Assembly: GCA_965248695.1 (NCBI GenBank)
Contig: CBDFKD010000002.1
Coordinates: forward strand, 3,552,001 to 3,616,000
Origin: Acidobacteriota bacterium
Lineage (GTDB): Bacteria > Acidobacteriota > UBA890 > WLXD01
Reading direction: 5' to 3'
Length of the DNA: 64,000 nt
Shown: positions 59,523 to 64,000 of the stretch, one piece after another
How the letters are laid out: each line of letters starts with the position of its first letter
Position numbering within the stretch: the stretch's first letter is position 1
The notes under the pieces: generated by a model
What the model was told of the DNA's origin: nothing
Seen by the model: only the letters and a program-made list of their open reading frames with translations
Database searches by the model: none
Made by a program: the position numbers and the translations under genes

Positions 59523-60465
59523 GGCATTTGCCTCCAGGGGCGACCTGACGGACAAGAAGATCAGCTTCACCGAGGTCGGTGAGGGCCTGTGGGCATTCAC
59601 GGCCGAGGGCGATCCTAATACCGGCGTCATCATTGACGATGACAGTGTGATGATCATTGATGCCCAGGCCACGCCAAGGCTGGCCCATATGGTGATCGAA
59701 AACATTCGCACGGTCACCGACAAACCGATCAAGCATGTGGTGCTGTCGCACTATCACGCGGTGCGGGTGCTTGGTGCGTCCGCTTATGAGGCATCGGAGA
59801 TCATCATGTCGGAGATGGCCCGCGCCATGGTGGTCGAACGGGGTCAGGAAGACTGGGATTCGGAGTTCGAGCGGTTTCCGCGCCTGTTCCAGGGCCATGA
59901 GAGCATTCCCGGGCTGACCTGGCCGAGCCAGACCTTCAACAACCGCATGACGGTCTATCTCGGCAAACGCCGGGTCGATCTGATGTTCCTTGGCCGGGCC
60001 CATACGGCCGGTGACATCGTCGCCTATGTGCCGGAACAGAATGTCATGTTTACCGGTGACATCGTCGAGTACAAATCGGCGTGTTATTGCGGCGACGGGT
60101 ATTTTCATGATTGGCCAAGAACGCTCGAGGCGGTGCGCGCCTGGGGCGTTGATGCGATCGCGCCGGGCCGCGGCGATGCGCTGGTCGGCAAGGACTTGGT
60201 GAACGAGGCGCTGGAGCTCACCGAAGACTTCATCCAGTCGACCTATCGCCCGGTAGCGAAGGTGGCGCTTGGAGGCGGTTCGCTGAAGGACGCCTGGGAT
60301 GCCTGCCGGGCCGAGTGCGATGCAAAATTCGCCGACTACGCAATCTACGAGCACTGCCTGCCGTTCAATGTCTCCCGGGCCTATGACGAAGCGCGGGATG
60401 TTGAGACCCCACGCATCTGGACCGCGGCGCGCGACAAGGAGATGTGGGAGGCACTGCAGGGCTGA
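59515..60465 (+). CDS. MBL-fold metallo-hydrolase (atypical HYHAVR motif)
   Basis: EGDPNTG, SHYHAVR, HTAGD, FTGD, PGRG. Confidence 0.85.
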   Translation: MAKAFASRGDLTDKKISFTEVGEGLWAFTAEGDPNTGVIIDDDSVMIIDAQATPRLAHMVIENIRTVTDKPIKHVVLSHYHAVRVLGASAYEASEIIMSEMARAMVVERGQEDWDSEFERFPRLFQGHESIPGLTWPSQTFNNRMTVYLGKRRVDLMFLGRAHTAGDIVAYVPEQNVMFTGDIVEYKSACYCGDGYFHDWPRTLEAVRAWGVDAIAPGRGDALVGKDLVNEALELTEDFIQSTYRPVAKVALGGGSLKDAWDACRAECDAKFADYAIYEHCLPFNVSRAYDEARDVETPRIWTAARDKEMWEALQG

Positions 60466-60468
60466 ACG

Positions 60469-62073
60469 ATGCCACGTTACGACTACCAGCCGTTTGACTA
60501 TGTAACGCCGCCGGAGCTTGTGTCCGGCCGTGCCGCGCCGGAGCGTTATCAGGTGGTCATTGTCGGTGCGGGGCCGATCGGACTCGCGCTGGCGATCGAT
60601 CTGGCCCTGCAGGACATTCCGTCGGTTGTTCTGGATGACAACAATGTCGTTTCAGTCGGGTCGCGGGCGATCTGCTGGGCGAAACGGACGCTGGAGATCT
60701 TCGACCGTCTCGGTGTCGGCGACCGGATGGTTGACAAAGGGATCACTTGGAAAGTCGGCCGTCTGTTTCATGGCGACGAAGAAGTCTATTCCTTCGACCT
60801 GTTGCCGGAAGACGGCCACAAGATGCCGGCGTTCATCAACCTGCAGCAATACTATGTCGAGCAGTATCTGGTCGAGCGGTGCGGTGACTTTCCCGATCTG
60901 ATCGATCTGCGCTTCAAGAATGAAGTCACGGGAGTTGAGCAAGACTCTGGCGGCGCACGGGCGAGCGTTGAAACTCCGGACGGCAGCTATGTGATCGAGG
61001 CCGACTACCTGCTCGCCTGCGATGGCGTCAACTCTGCGATCCGGCGGGCCATGGGGCTGGAATTCCGCGGCCAGTTGTTTGAGGAACGTTTTCTGATCAC
61101 TGACGTGGAAATGAAAGCCGACTTTCCCTCCGAACGCTGGTTCTGGTTCGAGCCAACGTTTCATCCGGGCCAGTCGGCGTTGCTGCACAAGCAGCCGGAC
61201 AGTATCTACCGCGTCGATCTGCAGCTCGGCCGGGATGCCGACCCGGAGGAAGAAAAGAAACCGGAAAACGTCGTCCCGCGCATCAAGAAGGCGCTCGGCA
61301 ACCGACCGTTCGAGATCGACTGGGTGTCAGTCTACACGTTTCAGTGCAGCCGCATCGATCGATTCGTGCATGACCGCGTAATCTTCGTCGGCGACAGCGC
61401 CCACGTCGTCTCGCCGTTCGGTGCGCGTGGCGGCAATGGCGGCATTCAGGACGTAGACAATCTGGGTTGGAAACTCGCTGCTGTCCTGAACGGTGAAGCT
61501 TCGGAGAACCTGTTGGAAAGTTACAACGTCGAGCGTACCCACGGGGCGGACGAGAACATCAAGAACTCGGCGCGGGCGACCAGTTTCATGTCACCGAAAT
61601 CCGACATGGAGATGATCTTCCGCAACGAAGTGCTGAATCTGGCCGGCGATCTTGCTTTCGCCCGCAAACTGATCAATTCCGGGCGGTTGTCTGAGCCGTG
61701 TTCCCTGGCGGGGTCCGAGCTCATTACAGTCTCAGATGACACGCCGGTGACACCTGGATCGGCAGCGCTCGATGCGCCATTGAGATCAGGTGCCAACGAT
61801 GAGTGGCTCTTGAGCCGGATTGGCGGCGAGTTCGTGCTCGCCTCATTCGGTGAGGCACCGGACCTCGGCATCGATGATCTCAGGCACATTCGCATCTCAT
61901 CGGAGTGCTCGCACGATCCGGACGATCTGTCAGATGTTACCGGCCTGGCGATGAAGCGCTATGGCAATGGATACAGTTATCTGTTCCGGCCGGACCAGCA
62001 TGTGGCTGCGGTCTTCACCAACCCGACTGCCGAGGCCATCCAGGCGGCCCGAGACAAGGCAATGGCGAACTGA
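60469..62073 (+). CDS. FAD-dependent aromatic hydroxylase (MhaA-like)
   Basis: IVGAGPIG, ACDG..S, GDSAH..SPFGARGGNGG.QD..NL.WKL, C-terminal RPDQHV. Confidence 0.88.
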   Translation: MPRYDYQPFDYVTPPELVSGRAAPERYQVVIVGAGPIGLALAIDLALQDIPSVVLDDNNVVSVGSRAICWAKRTLEIFDRLGVGDRMVDKGITWKVGRLFHGDEEVYSFDLLPEDGHKMPAFINLQQYYVEQYLVERCGDFPDLIDLRFKNEVTGVEQDSGGARASVETPDGSYVIEADYLLACDGVNSAIRRAMGLEFRGQLFEERFLITDVEMKADFPSERWFWFEPTFHPGQSALLHKQPDSIYRVDLQLGRDADPEEEKKPENVVPRIKKALGNRPFEIDWVSVYTFQCSRIDRFVHDRVIFVGDSAHVVSPFGARGGNGGIQDVDNLGWKLAAVLNGEASENLLESYNVERTHGADENIKNSARATSFMSPKSDMEMIFRNEVLNLAGDLAFARKLINSGRLSEPCSLAGSELITVSDDTPVTPGSAALDAPLRSGANDEWLLSRIGGEFVLASFGEAPDLGIDDLRHIRISSECSHDPDDLSDVTGLAMKRYGNGYSYLFRPDQHVAAVFTNPTAEAIQAARDKAMAN

Positions 62074-62075
62074 TC

Positions 62076-62279
62076 ATGGCTGGTGACACCGACGAATTGG
62101 GTGCCGATAATCTGGGCGCGGCGGGCGACGATTTCTACCAAGAGCTGATGGAGGTCCACGAGGGCCTCAGCCTTGAGCAGTCGGCAAAACTCAATGCACG
62201 GTTGGTGTTGCTCTTGGCCAATCAGGTAGGCGATCTGGAATTGCTTACAGCTGCCTTGAAGAAGGCCGGGGCGTCGTGA
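62076..62279 (+). CDS. DUF2783 small protein (MhaB-like coupling protein)
   Basis: DDFY..L...H.GLS.EQS..LNARLVLLLAN.VGD. Confidence 0.82.
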   Translation: MAGDTDELGADNLGAAGDDFYQELMEVHEGLSLEQSAKLNARLVLLLANQVGDLELLTAALKKAGAS

Positions 62280-62281
62280 CC

Positions 62282-62926
62282 ATGACGGACGTCGTTCTAT
62301 ATGACTACTGGCGGTCGTCGGCGAGTTATCGGGTGAGGATTGCGCTGAATCTGCTCGGTATCGACTATGAGGCCAGAGTGACCAATTTGCTCGATAGCTC
62401 ACACCCCACGCCGAGCTATATCGAGTTGAACCCACAAGGCCTGGTGCCGACCCTAGAGATAGACAATCAGGTTATCGCCCAGTCGCTGGCGATCATCGAG
62501 TATCTCGACGAGACGCGGCCGGAGGCCGGGTTTCTGCCCAAAGACACGCTGGGCCGGGCGCGGGTTCGTACGCTTGCTTATGCCATTGCGATGGAAATTC
62601 ATCCGGTCTGCAGTCTCAGAACCATCAAACACGTTATCGACATTACCGGCGACGATACCGATACCCGAGTTGCCTGGATGAAGAAGTTCATAGGCGATGG
62701 GCTGGTGGCGTTCGAAGCCATGCTCAATACAGCCGACACGGGAGCACATTGCCACGGCGATGCACCGACCATGGCAGACCTATGCCTGATCCCGCAGCTG
62801 TACAATGCCGAGCGCTGGGGCGCCGACACTTCCGGGTTGCACCGGATTAGAAAGATCGCCGAGACGTGCGGCAGGTTAGGAGCTTTCCAGAACGCCCATC
62901 CGAACGCCGTGAACGAATCGGGCTGA
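62282..62926 (+). CDS. maiA: Maleylacetoacetate isomerase (GST zeta)
   Basis: LYDYWRSSASYRVRIALNL, NPQGLVP, QSLAIIEYLDE, ADLCL.PQ.YNA.R. Confidence 0.93.
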   Translation: MTDVVLYDYWRSSASYRVRIALNLLGIDYEARVTNLLDSSHPTPSYIELNPQGLVPTLEIDNQVIAQSLAIIEYLDETRPEAGFLPKDTLGRARVRTLAYAIAMEIHPVCSLRTIKHVIDITGDDTDTRVAWMKKFIGDGLVAFEAMLNTADTGAHCHGDAPTMADLCLIPQLYNAERWGADTSGLHRIRKIAETCGRLGAFQNAHPNAVNESG

Positions 62927-62976
62927 TTCACGCAGCACCGGCAGAGACTGAAAGCCGCGGAAGTGGACACGGTGAC

Positions 62977-63026
62977 CCCCAACTCGTCGCAACCAGGCCC
63001 GCCACACTTTCACCACGGCCTGCTAG
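62977..63026. repeat. Solo end of the MITE at 9239-9509
   Basis: 47/50 identical to reverse complement of 9235-9284; ends in CTAG. Confidence 0.85.
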
Positions 63027-64000
63027 TGGACGTTCAAGCGAAAGGCGATCAGCCCGCTAGCTGCCATCGGCACGGCGAACACGAAGAAGTTGGCGGACAT
63101 ATCCAGGCCACCGGCGATCAGATAGCCGGCGATCGCCGGTCCGGCCACGGCGCCGGATCGGCCCAGACCAATCGCCCAGCCGATACCGGTGCTGCGAATG
63201 CCGGTCGGGTAGATCTTCGCCGCGGTGGCGTACAGACCGGTAAATCCACCTTGCTGGGTGATCCCGATCAATAGAATCAGCACCATCAGAAGCCTCAACT
63301 CATTCGGAGCCAGCGCGAAGACCACCATTCCGATAGCCGATGTGAATAGCAGCGTGAAGACCACGTTGCTCAGCTTCCACCGCGTCGACAGCCAGCCCGA
63401 TAGATAGACTCCGATCACCCCACCCAGGTTGAACAGGAAGAAGGCATCGCGACCCACCGTGGGGTCATAGCCGGAGTCCTCCATCAACTTCGGAATCCAG
63501 CTCATCAGGAAATACAGGGTGCCGAAACAGAAGAAGAAAGCCGCCCAAAGCGTCAGGGTCGCCGTCCGATGATCCTTCGCCAGCAGTTGGGACATTTTAC
63601 TGATCAAGCCGCCATTTCTCTCGATGTCTTCAGCGGCGACGTCCGGCATGCTGCCAAGCGGATCTTTCTCCAGTTTGGCCAGAATCGTGTTGATCCGCTG
63701 CAGCGCGTTGGCGGGTCGGCGCTCGAACAGATACTTGAGCGATTCGGGGATCAGGAGCCAGGCCACTGCGACCATGGCGAGCGTCAGAGTCCCTCCCAAC
63801 CAGAACATCCCCCGCCAGCCGTACTCCGGCAAGATAAGACCGGCGATCACGGACGTCATCATCGCGCCGAGCGGATAACCCGACGTGACTGCGGCGACTG
63901 ACAACGCGCGGTACTTGTCCGGGCTGTACTCCGCCGCCAGAGCCGCCTGACTCGCCAGCATCGCACCGGCGCCAATGCCGCTGATAAACCGCAGGACGAT
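63023..64000 (-). CDS. MFS aromatic-acid transporter (PcaK/BenK family), 5' partial
   Basis: RFISGIG.G, AEYSP..R, GWR..F, PES, YP..IRSTG.GWA.G.GR.G. Confidence 0.88.
   Translation of the reverse strand: MVLRFISGIGAGAMLASQAALAAEYSPDKYRALSVAAVTSGYPLGAMMTSVIAGLILPEYGWRGMFWLGGTLTLAMVAVAWLLIPESLKYLFERRPANALQRINTILAKLEKDPLGSMPDVAAEDIERNGGLISKMSQLLAKDHRTATLTLWAAFFFCFGTLYFLMSWIPKLMEDSGYDPTVGRDAFFLFNLGGVIGVYLSGWLSTRWKLSNVVFTLLFTSAIGMVVFALAPNELRLLMVLILLIGITQQGGFTGLYATAAKIYPTGIRSTGIGWAIGLGRSGAVAGPAIAGYLIAGGLDMSANFFVFAVPMAASGLIAFRLNVH

Noticed and set aside
1-64000. CRISPR array, rRNA, tRNA, integron attC array, retron/DGR
   Set aside because: No regularly spaced repeats, RNA-gene signatures, integrase or reverse transcriptase were seen by eye.

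Overview
High-GC bacterial window, most likely Acidobacteriota. This is inferred from two ADOP-type orphan permeases, an Oar-like TonB receptor and remnants of Ser/Thr kinase/PD40 genes. 1-32.9 kb is mostly intact: hydrolases, a PQQ dehydrogenase, MscS, a MITE, vapBC, an addAB-like helicase-nuclease pair whose AddB lacks the Fe-S cysteines, an orphan brnA, ppsA, tricorn protease, relBE-like TA, a wbpBDE-like sugar trio and an SSS symporter. 32.9-51.2 kb is an IS-riddled segment bounded by inverted copies of one IS3 element, with a second IS3 nested in one copy and an IS256 carrying an 8-bp TSD. One amidohydrolase gene appears split across both borders, which implies an inversion (real or assembly) plus a deletion. 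51.2-64 kb holds an ADOP permease, a membrane patatin-like gene and a homogentisate cluster (hmgA, FAH, atypical MBL, MhaAB-like pair, maiA, MFS). The most unusual signal is five short in-frame stubs of kinase N- or C-termini at gene junctions, suggesting kinase ends act as recombination anchors (hypothesis). No rRNA, tRNA or CRISPR array was seen. All calls are by eye from motifs; no database searches were run.
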